A DNA stretch of 63,702 bases, filler included, from Octopus bimaculoides (lineage: Eukaryota): the NCBI RefSeq assembly GCF_001194135.2. It is 6 parts of 4 records of this genome, joined end to end, with 100 filler letters (N's around TTAATTAATTAA, not from the genome) between each part and the next. Parts side by side here need not be neighbours in the genome. Positions count along the whole stretch, not along the records: positions 19,778 to 34,195 come from NC_068983.1; positions 34,296 to 54,979 come from NC_068982.1; 4 more parts are not named here. One strand, written 5' to 3'. Within the stretch, counting starts at the first letter, position 1. Each line of letters starts with the position of its first letter. Position numbers and translations under genes: made by a program. The notes under the pieces were generated by a model that had not been told where the DNA came from, ran no database searches, and saw only the letters and a list, made by a program, of their open reading frames with translations. Below, one piece after another: positions 22,896-36,680 of the stretch.

Positions 22896-25582
22896 GTATG
22901 TAATTTCATCTACAATTTAATGTTTTACTATGTGACAATTTTTTTGCCTACTATCTTTATCTTTTTATTTTTCACTGTCATGGGACAGTGATGGTGCATG
23001 GTTTAGTGGTTAGGGTATTCAGCTCATGGTTGTAAGGTTGTGAGTTTGATTCCTGGTGGTGCATTGTGTCCTTGAGCAAGTCACTTTATTTCACATTGCT
23101 CCAGTCCACTCAGCTGGCAAAAATGAATAGTACCTGTAATTCGAAGAGCCAGCTTTGTCACATTCTGTGTCACACTGAATCTCCCTGAGAACTACATTAA
23201 AGGTATGCATATCTGTTGGGTTCTCAGCCACTTGCATATTAATTTCACAAGCAAACTGTTTCATTGATCAGATCAACTGGATCCCTTGTCATCATAACCG
23301 ATGGAGTGACACTGGACTGCAGCTATGTTAGGGCACTGTCCTGAAGGATTTAGTCAACCAAATTAACTCCACTACTTAATTCTTTTAAGTCTGACACTTA
23401 TTCTATTGGTCTCTTTTGCCAAACTGCTAAGTTGCATGGACATAAACAAACCAAAATGTGGTGACGGTGTGGGGCAAACACAAACCTAAAGACATGTGCA
23501 TGTGCACACACACACACACACACACAATAGGCTTACATATAATTTCTTGCCCAAGATGCTGTACAGTGAGACTGAACTCAAGACCACATGATTACAAAAT
23601 AAGCTTCTTAACCACACAGCTATGTTTGCATATAGAAAACATGACAAAATCATTAGTATGCAGGGCAAAATGCTTAGCATTTCTTCAATCTTTACTTTCT
23701 GAGTTCAAATTATTCTGAGGTTGACTTTACCTTTTATCCTTTTGGGGTCGATAAAATAAGTACCAGCTGAGCATGAGGGTTGATTTAATCAACTTGTTCC
23801 CTTCCCTGAAACTGTTAGCTTTGTGCCAAAATTTGAAACAATATTTATTCTCATATTGATGGTGATGAAAAGAGTGGATGGCTAAGTCAGTACTGGACAA
23901 CCAGTTAGTGGAAGTGGTTCTGTTTGTGGAGATACAGAAAACTAGAAAATTATAACAGGGTCTATTTCTATGAGGTGAACTAGACTAATTTAAACATTTA
24001 GTTACAAATTGTTTTTTGTTTAGTCAAAAGTGCCAGCAATTTTAAGGGGGAGGGGTTAATTTGGTTCCATCAATGTCAGTATTTGGTTGGAACTTCATTT
24101 TATCGACTCTAGAAGTATGAAAGGCAAAACTGACTTTAGCAAGATTTGAACTTAAAATATAAAGAGTGTGAACAAATATTTAAATATTTTTTCGATGTTA
24201 TTATTATTCAGTCACTCCACCACCACTCACTCATTTTGCCTGTGTTCATTATTAGTTCTTAGAAAAAAGCAGCAAGTTGGCAGAATTGTTAGCATGCCAG
24301 ACAAAAAGCTTAGTGGCATTTCATCTGTCTTTGTTCTAAGTTCAAATTCCACAAAGACCAGCTTTATTTTTCATCCTTTTGGGAGTTGATGACATAAATA
24401 CCAGTTGAGCACTGGGGTCAATGTAAATGACTAGGCCTCTCCTTTCCCCAAAATTTCAAGCCTTGTGCCTTTAGTAGAAATGATTATTAGTTCTCACAAT
24501 AAAAATTAATAATGATTTCAAATTTTGGCATAAGGCATTTTGTAGCAGGGAGTAAGTCAATTACATCAACCCAGTGTTCAACTGGTACTCATTTTATGAA
24601 CCCCAAAAGGGATAACAAGCATAGTTGACCTTGGCAGAATTTGAACCCAGAACTTAAAAATGGACAAAATGCCATTAAGCATTTTGCCTGGCATGCTAAT
24701 GATTCTGCCAGCTCAGTGCCTTAGCAACAAAAATTAATAATGAGAAACAAAGGGAAAGTGTCAAGTGATTGATGATTCTTAGGACAAGTTTAGGTAGTAG
24801 GCTTAATATCTTGCCTGGTTTACCACCACATCACACCACACTGCACCACACCATACCTCCATAACACATAATTCAGTCAGAGGGAAAAGCACAGTGCTAG
24901 TGAGTTTTTCCAGGGCCTTTGAGATTAATGGGAAGAAGGTATACACATTAAAGAGGTCAGGCACTGCTGCATGTAACAGAGTTCACTCTGCTAAAGGCAC
25001 TTTAAAAAGAAAAAACAAAAATTAATAAAATCTTTACCCTGGAATGTCAGAGTTGATTTTGACTTTTATAAATTACTACTTAGACAGTAATTGACAATGA
25101 ATTGGATAATATGGAGAGAAAATGAGATCTGACTTTTACAAGTTGACATTGAACAATGATAAAGAAGAAATAAATAAATTGCCTGATCACCAGTGTGATT
25201 GATGTATGTTTAGTTGACACCAACTGTAACATCTATGGGAATACATCTCAGAACACTTTCATGATCATCATCATCTTCATCAACATTTAACATCCGTTTT
25301 CGATGCTGGCATGGTTTGGATGGCCAGGTTCCAAAAACTCTGTTTTGGCTTGGTTTCTATAACTTGATGCCATTCCTAATGCCAACTACTTTATAGAGTG
25401 TACTGGGTGCTTTTTTCATGGTACAAACACAATGAATTTGATAGTTTGTACAAAGAGATTGTAAGTTGGGATTATTGCAATAAGTTCCCATTGAGATATC
25501 ACTGTAGTTTACACTGATTAATAGTGAGTCAATATTTTATATGACTTCAGAGCAATGGCTGTTGAGTAAAAGTTAAGCTGAG

Positions 25583-25587
25583 CTGAG

Positions 25588-25680
<93 letters not shown>
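25583..25680. repeat. (GA)n microsatellite
   Basis: Read directly. Confidence 0.97.
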
Positions 25681-25685
<5 letters not shown>

Positions 25686-25778
25686 TATCCTAGTTTTTGT
25701 TTCATTTAACTTAATCAGAAATATCTTAAGTGAAATATGACAGTCACACAACATATTTCCTGTGCATAATGACAAATA

Positions 25779-26593
25779 TGAGGTAGTATGAAAAAGTTCC
25801 CGGACTAGTTATGTTTAATAGAAAATAACTTACTTACCTAAGTTTTAACATCATCTCCTTTGAAATAGTCACCTTGCGAAGCAATACACCGGTCCCAGCG
25901 TTCCTGTCACTTTTAGAATCCAACCTGGAAGTTGTTTTCTGTTAGTGAGTCGAGGGCTTCTGCAGTTCACCCTGGATCCTGACAATGGTATTAAAACAGC
26001 GACCTTTAAGCTGCATTTTCATCTTGGAGTAGAGATGGCAGTCCACTGGTGCAAAATCTGGTGAATAGGGCAAGTGCAGATGCAATACCATGGTTTTGGT
26101 GAGAAACTCACAAGTGAGGAAAGTACAGTGACTAGATGCGTTGTTGTTGTGAAGAATCCAATCATTTGTGTTCTTCAGATCCGGTTGCTTTCACCAAATG
26201 TCCTTCCTCAAACGCTTCAAAATATCACAGTAGAACTCTTGATTGATAGTCTGGCCTTGGGGGATGAATTCTCAATGGGGTGACACTTGTGGTAGATCTT
26301 CCATATCACTCATTGTCTTCCAAAGATGTTCTTCTGTTTTTGAAACATTGTGTACAACTTCCCAAGTTTAACATAAAATTTCATGTTGGATTTTTGTTTC
26401 TGTCCATGACAAAATCATTTACTACAGCACAAATGTTTACAAAAACACAAATTTCATAACTTGCAAAGTAAACACAATGTCATTTGGCACACTGCCTCAT
26501 AGTCACTGCTAGCTCTCACAGTGCACACAACCATGTGCTGCCATCTGTTGGCATCCTACAGAACTAGTTTGGGAACTTTTTGATACCACCTCA
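25779..26593 (-). mobile_element. Internally deleted mariner element with TIRs and TA target duplication
   Basis: Left ta|TGAGGTAGTATGAAAAAGTTCCCGGACTAGTT matches right AACTAGTTTGGGAACTTTTTGATACCACCTCA|ta. Minus strand encodes WILHNNNASSH and PYSPDFAPVDCHLY, decayed forms of HHDNAPAH and YSPDLAPCDF. Confidence 0.9.
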
Positions 26594-27563
26594 TAAATAT
26601 TATTTTAACTCTTTCATTTCATTATGCTTCAATGTGTCCTTGTTTTTAGTTGGTAAGGTGTGATTGAAGGAGATTTGGTTGCTAAATCTAACAAAATCCA
26701 GAGCACAAATAAACTGAACGAGTTGGGGTAATTATAATCATCAGTCAATGGCTAACACAAGTGATATGATTGCTCCAGAATGGAGATGTAGTCTAAATGA
26801 ATGATAAGCTTTGGGTGAAAAACATGCCATGTGTGTTGATAGTGAAAGCTATTTGTGACTCTGAAAGATATGAGAGAAAATGGTGAAGTTAGATATTAGT
26901 ATGTTGGATCTCAGAGACATGAGACATGATACTGGATCAAAAGAGTAAAATGAGGATACATTTATCATTTCTATACTTTGTGAACAACATGCTAGTTATA
27001 GGTTTCTTATGAACTAATCACTCATTCACAGTATTCAGTAACATAGGTAGTTAAATGCCTAAAGGTATTTTTTTTCTATACATCAGTTTATCGGCAATTT
27101 TCTTGCCTGTATGTATATATTTCACCAATATGAATGGAAAGTTCAATTTACAATCATGTGATTTGGAATTTGATCTCATGGCTTGGCATCTAGGGTAAGC
27201 GTCTTCTACTGTAGTCTTGAGTTGACTAATAACCCATGAAAGCAATTTGGTAGACAGAAATTGTGTGGAAACCATTGCACACACACAAGCATGCATACAT
27301 GCACCCCCCACACACACATGTGTACGTGTACTTCTTAGTGTATCAAGTTGCACTCTTTTATATCAGAAATGTGAACCATTCAATAAACAGTGATCAACAT
27401 AATAAAACTAAAATATGTATTGGGGCCAACATGATCAACTAAATATTCTTGAAGATAAAGCCCTAGTACAGTCTCACTATCTAATGACACAAAACAGTAA
27501 AATAACTATATGTATGTGTGTGTGTGTGTGTGTGTATATGTATGTGTGTGTATATATATACGC

Positions 27564-27643
<80 letters not shown>

Positions 27644-29329
27644 NNNNNNNNNNNNNNNNNNNNNNNNNNNNNNNNNNNNNNNNNNNNNNNNNNNNNNNNN
27701 NNNNNNNNNNNNNNNNNNNNNNNNNNNNNNNNNNNNNNNNNNNNNNNNNNNNNNNNNNNNNNNNNNNNNNNNNNNNNNNNNNNNNNNNNNNNNNNNNNNN
27801 NNNNNNNNNNNNNNNNNNNNNNNNNNNNNNNNNNNNNNNNNNNNNNNNNNNNNNNNNNNNNNNNNNNNNNNNNNNNNNNNNNNNNNNNNNNNNNNNNNNN
27901 NNNNNNNNNNNNNNNNNNNNNNNNNNNNNNNNNNNNNNNNNNNNNNNNNNNNNNNNNNNNNNNNNNNNNNNNNNNNNNNNNNNNNNNNNNNNNNNNNNNN
28001 NNNNNNNNNNNNNNNNNNNNNNNNNNNNNNNNNNNNNNNNNNNNNNNNNNNNNNNNNNNNNNNNNNNNNNNNNNNNNNNNNNNNNNNNNNNNNNNNNNNN
28101 NNNNNNNNNNNNNNNNNNNNNNNNNNNNNNAGGAAATACGAGGGGGAAAAAAGAGATACGTAGTAGTAACAGAGGAAGAACGAGAGGGGTAAAGCGAGAT
28201 ACGTAGTAGTAGAGAGGAAGAACGAGAGGGGGAAACATACTAGCTGAATAGCCTGTCAATTTTTATAATAGAATGTCTTATACAAATTTTTGTTTATTCC
28301 ATAACAGACCATGCCTTCCCCAACAGATGGGGACAGATTTGTGCAATTTTTCACAAAAAACTTCGTTGAGGAATTTTTTCCTTTTTAAATTATTTACATG
28401 TCTGTTTGACCGTTTCACATGACTTTATTCATTAAAATTTATTAAAATTTCAGAAGTTCTTACAACTTTGGTCGTCATAATGCTTTGCTTTCATTTATTT
28501 AATAAAAATTCACCCTCGTAGTGATTTTGCTTTCATTTTGTGATAGACAGCTATCATGCAAGAAATGCCAGCTTCCAAATCCTGTTTTCTGATTAGGTAA
28601 ACCTGATTAAACTTTAAACCTCAATAACATTTTTCAGCAATTATTCTGGAACAAATAAATAACAAAATCAGATTTAATGTGGAAAATTATTTCTATATTC
28701 CAAATTTGATGTAATTTAAAAATTTCACAATATGTGATAGCAACAGGGAAGACCCTACAAAAGTAGAGAGACAGTTATAGGACATCGTGCACACACACAG
28801 ACACACACACACACACACACAAACACAAACACAAACAAACATGCACTCATACATTTACAAACATACAAGTAACCACGAGTTTAAAATGGTGCATAGTAGA
28901 TATATGTATGGATGTACGTATGTATGTATATATATGTATGTGTGTGTGTCTATGTGTGAGTGCTTCCTTGTGATGGACAGCAAAAAAGCCACCTGTGAAC
29001 AATTGTTGTCAACTTACCTCCTCTCTCCTTAAAGCTACAAATTCCTCACACTCACATGTCTTTCCCTTCCTTGGCATTTTAAAAGTTACTTATGTGCATG
29101 TGTGTGTGTGTGTGTGTATGCATGTATCTATGTATTTACATTGTGTGTATATCCCTGAATGACATCTATATTAACGTTATCATCCCATTGCCACTCCATA
29201 TTTGTCACACAATTTTGTTTTCCCCTTCCCTGATATCAGCCACACTCACTATGCCCCCACATTTCCCTCACACTAAACTCTTGCACCCTTCTCACTTTAT
29301 CAAATAATACCTTAAACCCCCTAGGGGGC

Positions 29330-29490
29330 GGGGTCTATTATAGATTTTTATTAAAATCCAATTAGCCTATAATTGAACTAGATATTAGTTTAACATGTAT
29401 GCAAAGTTTCGTCAAAACTGGTTCACTGTTGTAGGCAGTGAGGTGGTAACAGACAGATAGACTGACAGAAATTGCCATTTAAGATAAACA
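29330..29490 (+). mobile_element. Possible non-autonomous Helitron/Helentron-type repeat
   Basis: GCAAAGTTTCGTCAAAACTGGTTCA followed by (GACA)-like repeats resembles DINE-1/Lep1-type non-autonomous elements. No termini confirmed. Confidence 0.3.
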
Positions 29491-31139
29491 TATGGACAAA
29501 GTACTGAAGGACGACCTCAGGACACTGAACTTTTCAGAGAAAATGACAAAGAACTGAGTTATCTGGTATCTTGCTGTATTCAAGCAGATCCATCCTTCAC
29601 AGCAGACATGTTAAGATTGCTCTTCCTGGTGAAGAGGGTTAGCCTGCAAGAGTCCTGTGCCAGTGCCACATAATAAGCACTCATACTGGTGCCACATAAA
29701 AGTGCTCATGCTGGTACCATGCTAAAATCACCCAGTCCACATTGTAAGTGGTTGGTGTTAGGAAGGGTGTCCAGTTATAGAAATCAAGCCAAATTAGAAT
29801 GGAACCTGGTTCAGCTCTCTGGTTTTCTGGCTCTGGTCACACCATCTAATGCATACCAACATGGAAAAAAAAGATGTTAAAGGATGATGATGATCATCAT
29901 CATCAGCAGCAGCAGCATCATCATTGTTTAACGTCTGTCTTCCATGCAGGCATGGGTAGGACAGTTGACAGGAGCTGGTCAGGTAGAAGACTACTCCAGA
30001 CTGTTGTGTCTTTTGGCAGGATTTTTACAGCAGGATGCCTTTTCTAACACCAACCACTCCACAGAGTGGATTATATATACACACATATATACATGATGGG
30101 CTTCCTCATAGATTCCTTCTTTCAGTATCACTCACAAAGCACTGATCAAATCAAGGCTAAGGCCTTGTGGTTGTGGAGCTTACTTCTTAATCTCAAAGCT
30201 ATGCTTGTACTTGTGATATTTGATAAAATATACTTTCGTCCCTAAAATTCATTAATTAAATCCACCCACTCCACTCCACATCAGTAAACTGTCTTATCTA
30301 ATAAGATATTAATTTCTGTCAGAGACACCAAACTATAAATTTCGTGGATAGTGTAACCAATTATATCATTTATAATCCCAGTACTTATATCAATTATAAT
30401 CCCAGTACTTAACTAGTACTGTGTGAAACCAAACTTGCCTTCAGTTGGAACTTGAACTCATAATGTAAATGGACAGAACAAAATTCTGCAAGGTGTTCTG
30501 TTTCATTCCTTACCAACTTTGACATCTTTCCTTGTCTAATAAGATACTGATAACATAATTTCAGAGATGTACTCATCAAGCAAATGATTTGATTTGAGAC
30601 TGTGTTGTGTTTAAACTAAATCAATTACAAAGAAGACATATTAGTCATTCAAAAATGCACAAAACTTGTTAACATCATTGGAACATTTATTATTTGGTGT
30701 CAAAAACTTTTGTTGTATCAACTGTGACCTGGTCACTGTTGCAGTTCCACTGCATCTTTCTTATTAGATACTAAACAATAAATGTCTTTGTGTGTTTTTG
30801 GAGGGTTAATATGTGTTACACATGCTGTTATTGATAACAGTTAATATTGCTGTTTTACTAAGGTGATGAGCTGGCAGAAAAGGTTAGCCCATCAGGCAAA
30901 ATGCTTAGTGGCATTTTGTCTGTCTTTACATTCTGAATTCAAGTGCTGTCAGGGTCAACTTTGCCTTTCATCTTTTCATGGTTGACAAAATAAGTACCAG
31001 TTGAGTACTGGTGGTGGTGGGGGCGACTTACTCACTTCCTGAAACTACTGGCCTTGTGCCATAATTTGAAACCAATATAGATATGTTTTACTGCCAAATA
31101 TCATTATTTATTGGTTAAATATTTTCTTTGTCTCTTTAG

Positions 31140-31285
31140 AATGTTCATTGTTCTGAAAGGCTCGCTGTCAATCTATGTTCAAGATTTATTAAATGATGTT
31201 GACCAATTAAATGTGATAAATTCCATGTGTAAAGGTGAACTACTAGAAGACAGGTCTATATTAGGAGAATATAAGGCAAGCACAG
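31140..31285 (+). CDS. Exon of the CNB-domain protein, CNB domain 1 core
   Basis: tctctttag| (K)MFIVLKGSLSIYVQDLLNDVDQLNVINSMCKGELLEDRSILGEYKAST(G) |gtaagt. 146 nt, phase 2 in, phase 1 out. Confidence 0.9.
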
Positions 31286-31471
31286 GTAAGTTTTATAAAC
31301 ATCTGAATATACATTACTTTACAATCATTTGGTTCTGGATTTGATCTCATTTTATGAAGCCTTAGTGTCCTCTACTGCAATTTTCAATTGCTTGATGCTT
31401 TGCAAGTGCAATGTGGTTTGATTGAAATGGCACAAAAGCATGTCATATGTATGTATGTATGTATGTATGTA

Positions 31472-31506
<35 letters not shown>

Positions 31507-32707
31507 ATGTATGTATGTATGTATGTATGTATGTATGTATGTATGTATGAATGAGTGAACAAACAAATGATTGTTCTTTGAGTTTAATTTAAGTTCTTCT
31601 TAAGAGAGTTCAAGCTGGTTGCTAACATAGCAATAACTTTTTGAGTTATGAGAGTTCTGGTGTTTGTAATTATTTCCTTTCCCTATGCTCAATCCTGTTG
31701 ATCAGACCTGTGATCCAGTTGCTACCATCCCATTTTCCTTTTCTGGCACAGTGTTTCAAGACTATATTATTTGATGTGTCTTTCTTTTTAAGATGGTAGG
31801 ATGTGCATGGAGAGAGATTTGGCAGTTGATTAAAACAAATTTAATTATCATGTTCCCTTGTGTAGCAGTTAACGTTGATACTACTACATCATTCTTGGAA
31901 TAACTCATTGCACCACCTATAGCCTACATCTAACAGATGTTAATACTATCAGGGTATCTGAAGGACCTGATATTTTAATTTAGTTTCCTTAATAATCTTA
32001 TCAACTATATTGAAGCTAAGCTTGATAGCTGATCCCTGTGGTTGTTTCAGTTAGGGCTATACTTCCCTATTCCACCATCCTTTTCATTCAGCAACTTCTA
32101 TAGCAGTATTTTCATGTCTTTTTCACTATCATTGATAGTAAATACACAATTTTAGATGGAAGACTATAATTCATGTGGTAAATAAATGAATAGAATGAAT
32201 AGATATGTTATTGTTTGAATTCTCGCTGTTATGCATGTACCCCATGAATTAATATCTAATAATTAGCACACCAATCCTAAATTGGATCTCTTGTTTAGAA
32301 TATCTTAAACTACTGTAATGGTACAGATAATCATTTCATCAGCCAATATAGTTGGTGCTTAATTAGTACATGAGATAGTATCTCTGGATGCATACAGCAG
32401 TTAAACACATTCTAAACAACACATCCGATTTAGGTTGGATGTGCTAATTATAATTCATTACAGACACTGCTTCAGTTGCTGATAGCTAATTTATATTTGT
32501 TTGTCAAAACATTAGTACACAGCAGCAAATGATTGTTTTGCTAATTGTTATAAATAAGAGCTCATTCTCCTGTACAATGCATTAGTCTGACCATAGGGTT
32601 GCTTCATTTCAGGGGCACACAATGAAGTCAAAACATGGGGTGTCTCAAAGTCTCTTTACACAGCTGAATTGGTGACACATGATGTTAAAAACACAGATCA
32701 TCTAAAG

Positions 32708-33141
32708 CAAGGGTTCTCAACCATTTAAAAAATCTTTGGATCTCTTTGATTACTATTTTATTCTGATGAACCCCCATAGCCAGTCAATGTTTAAAAACTG
32801 GTATTATAGAAGCTTCTTTCAAAATTTCTATTTTGTTTTTCACACTGGATCCTACTTAAAATCAATATTTTTCATTCGATTTCATTCACACTTGGCACAT
32901 ACATCACTTATGTTCCACAGATGGTTCTACACTCTTTAGATTTTTCACTTATGGAGTAATATAAAGTAATGTTAAAGAAAGAAACCTAGTTGTTTCTTGC
33001 AATACATACCAATACATACATCTAAAGCAAAATTTTTTCAAATACTATTGTGAATCCCCATTTTATTATTTTGTTGTGTGGACACTCCAAAATCTTATAT
33101 GGACCCTCAGGGGGCATATGAACCCCAGTTGAGAACCACTG
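32708..33141. mobile_element. hAT (Charlie-type) MITE with 8-bp TSD
   Basis: TIRs CAAGGGTTCTCAACC and AGTTGAGAACCACTG. Identical flanking 8-mer ATCTAAAG at 32700-32707 and 33142-33149. Confidence 0.88.
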
Positions 33142-33465
33142 ATCTAAAGGAAGAGGCATTTTCATGTGGTGAAAAACAACAGCAATCAGATATTATTGTT
33201 TAAATCTGTCAGAACATATTAAGAATGAGTAGATATGTTATTACCTGGAATATTATTAATTAATATATGACTTAGTTAAAACATGTTTTATTTGAGCCAT
33301 CCTGTGTATATAAAATAAACCCTATTAGTGTTTAATAATGTTTTATGAGAACATTGTATAACATGTTCTGATAGGGTGAAAATATGTCTGATGTTTTCTA
33401 ATGAAATAAGAAATATGTAAGACATTCTGATTGAATTAAGTACAAATAAAGTAGCAATTAGCTAT

Positions 33466-33535
33466 TTAGGTTTTCAAAAAGATAGATGTGCTTAGGCTTT
33501 CAAAAAGATAAAAATGCTTAGGCTTTCAAAAGTAT
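33466..33535. repeat. Three-copy 26-bp tandem repeat TTAGGCTTTCAAAAAGATA..TGC
   Basis: Read directly. Confidence 0.8.
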
Positions 33536-33777
33536 AAGTGAATGTATTTTATGGGAACAATTAATGCATGTTTTTATGATAATGTTTTAGTATTTAATAA
33601 TGTAATTACAACTAAACAATATGAACTATATATGTTCTGATAGAATAAAAATTAAACTTGTGAAAATTTGTATTTGCTGAAAATATTAAAAAAAATATGA
33701 TTTAAATTATTTTGAAGTATTAATGATGATTTTCATCAATGTTATATTAACAACAGCTACTTATATATATTGTGTAG

Positions 33778-34087
33778 GTGCTAGCTCTGTGGTTGGAGAA
33801 CTGGCTCTTATCAAGAAAGATTGTGTACGCATAGCAAGTGTTGTTGTGGATGAAGAAACAGACCTGATAGTCATTGACCTAGAACTGTACAACCGATCAG
33901 TGCGTGAAACCTTGGAGAGAGACTACATAGAACGTCGCAAGTTTGTACTTGACAATCCTCTATTCAAAGGTCTTGCACACAAAACCAGACGTCAGTTAAT
34001 TATCTCTCTAAAGAAGGAAACATTTCAATATGGAAATACTATTGTGAAACAAGGATCTCCTCTTGATAAGACTTACTTTATTTTAGA
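33778..34087 (+). CDS. Exon of the CNB-domain protein: phosphate-binding cassette of domain 1 and start of domain 2
   Basis: tgtgtag| (G)ASSVVGELALIKKDCVRIASVVVDEETDLIVID..FKGL..KKETFQYGNTIVKQGSPLDKTYFIL(E/D) |gtaagt. Contains the GELAL...RxAS cassette and IVKQG..YFIL. 310 nt, phase 1 in, phase 2 out. Confidence 0.93.
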
Positions 34088-34520
34088 GTAAGTTAACTAT
34101 CAGCTTTTTCAATGCATATATATAATTAACAGAATGAGATAAAAAATCCAAGGCTGTGAATGATTTCAGAACATTTATAAAGAGAAGGTCTTACANNNNN
34201 NNNNNNNNNNNNNNNNNNNNNNNNNNNNNNNNNNNNNNNTTAATTAATTAANNNNNNNNNNNNNNNNNNNNNNNNNNNNNNNNNNNNNNNNNNNNTAGGT
34301 TGTAATCCTTTGAAACATATGTAGGAATAAAGTATGCAATTATAACATGCATTTTCTCCATTCCTTAAATTTTTAAATATACTCAAATACCCAAAATTTC
34401 AAGGAGTTCCTGCCTTAAAAACAGGAACTACACCACAGTTATTTTGTGTTCTTTGCTACATTGGTTTCTATTAACCCATTTATTCTATCCGAAGAATTTT
34501 TATTCATTAAGATAGAAGAA

Positions 34521-34589
<69 letters not shown>

Positions 34590-35559
34590 TACACATACAT
34601 ACATGTATACATAAGACAAAGTATAAATAATGGTCATTATATATATTTTTCCTTCGTTAGAGTAAATTTGGCTTACAGCTGTTTCCAGCAGTCATTATTG
34701 GTACATTACTGATAGATTTAATCGATTGGTCTATTGATCAGTTGAGAAAAATTGAACAACCTGAAAAATTTATGTTACTTTCCTCAGAGCCACTTGTATC
34801 ATGTTGCCGGACTTAGCCTTGAACCATATAATTAGGATCAAATTTTTTATCACACAGCCATATTTTTTGCTGCTAGTTCTCGCAGGCTGGGCAATCACCA
34901 TAGAATCATCAATGACTAAAATAAATACCTGTAATTTGCTGATATTTATTTCATTTATTGAATTCAAGAATTCAGGTGACTATAACACCATTACATACGA
35001 AATTCTACCTCGTGACTAAGTTAAAAGAAAACAAGAAAAGAAAATCTGGAAGCCATTAAATATAGTAAAATGGTTTCATTCAGCAAAGAATACGAATAGG
35101 AATTCTTGTACAAGCTGGAAATTCTTAAGGATTTAAAATTGAACATCTCATATGCTTGTTGATCTTATGAATTTAATGGAGAATGACAACTAAATTTAGA
35201 AAACATTTTCAATCAATAACTTGATAAATGAACAATGACAATTATAAAGAACCGCAGAGTAAATATTTCACAAATAACAACATGTTACTACTTGATAGCT
35301 GTTGGTTTATAAATGTCACTAAATAGGCATTTAAAAAAAAAAAGAAACCCCCCAAAAATAGTCAAAACAAAAGACAATGACAAAAAATAAAAACAAGCTA
35401 CAACAGAAACAACAAAAAAACTCTCACACAACTACAGAAAACAAAAATGAGGTAACAAAAAATCTATTTCTCTTATTTGATAACAGAAAATAAATAAAAA
35501 AATCCTTTTTTAAAACCTATAGCTTTATCACTATTATTATTACGATTATTATTATTATC

Positions 35560-35609
35560 ATTATTATTTTTATTCCTCCTCCTCCTCCTCCTCCTCCTCC
35601 TCCTCCTCC

Positions 35610-35652
<43 letters not shown>

Positions 35653-35812
35653 TGTTATCATCATCATCATCATTTTTATTCCTCCTCCGCTTCCTCCTCA
35701 TTACTATTACTTTTATCATCATCTTTGTTGTTGTTGTTGTTGTTCTTCTTCTTACTATTATTATTATTATTATTATTATTACTATTATTATTATTATTAT
35801 TATTATCATCAT
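35560..35812. repeat. Compound trinucleotide tract (ATT)n(CCT)n(CAT)n(GTT)n(ATT)n
   Basis: Read directly. Confidence 0.95.
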
Positions 35813-36384
35813 TATCTGTTTGTTTCTTAAAATACAAATGAAAGAAAAAAACAAATAACTAGTATAACACAATATGATATTAACATCGTATTACTTGTTT
35901 TAAACATTGTAAATTGATAGGTATGTGTGAAAAACAGGTTTGATTCTCAGCTAGGAAGTAAAAAAAAAAACAAAAAAAAAATTGATCGTAGCTGATTTGC
36001 AGTATCATACATAGCAAGCGAGTAGCAAAACCATTTTATAACTTGTACCGCAAAAGAAATAATATTGAATAGGAAACAGCAACAACAACAACAACGGTAA
36101 CCTCGGGAGCTTAGTAGCAGTAATGGCAATGATAATAAAAAAAAGAATAAATTCATCTCCATCTGGAGACTTCCATAAAAGATTGATTATTATTAAACAG
36201 GTCTGTAGTTTTAATACTGATCTTGAAATGTGCAGATAACAAAGATTGAGAGATATAAGCTTACTGATATATCTAGTTCTCTACTGACTTAATGGATTTC
36301 ATAATGAATTTATGATGATATGAATTTGTGCGGATATGTGTGTGCATGAGCGTGTGTGCGCACATACATACACATATCATCATC

Positions 36385-36680
36385 ATCATCGTTTAACGTC
36401 CGCCTTCCATGCTAGCATGGGTTGGACGATTTGACTGAGGACTGGTGAAACCGGATGGCAACACCAGGCTCTAATCTAATTAGGCAGGGTTTCTACAGCT
36501 GGATGCCCTTCCTAACGCCAACCACTCAGAGAGTGTAGTGGGTGCTTTTATGTGTCACCCGCACGAAAACGGCCACGCTCGAAATGGTGTCTTTTATGTG
36601 CCACCCGCACAAGAGCCAGTCCAGGGGCACTGGCAACAATCTCGCTCGAAAACCCTACAAAGGCCAGTCAGGCGGTATAT
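36385..36680 (-). mobile_element. Non-autonomous element (SINE family D) with RTE-LINE-derived 3' end and (GAT)n tail
   Basis: Nearly identical in reverse complement to 58414-58757 and to the RTE 3' end at 61617-61762 (AAGGGCATCCAGCTGTAGAAAC...CATGCTAGCATGGAA.GCGGACGTTAAACGATGATGAT). Confidence 0.85.
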
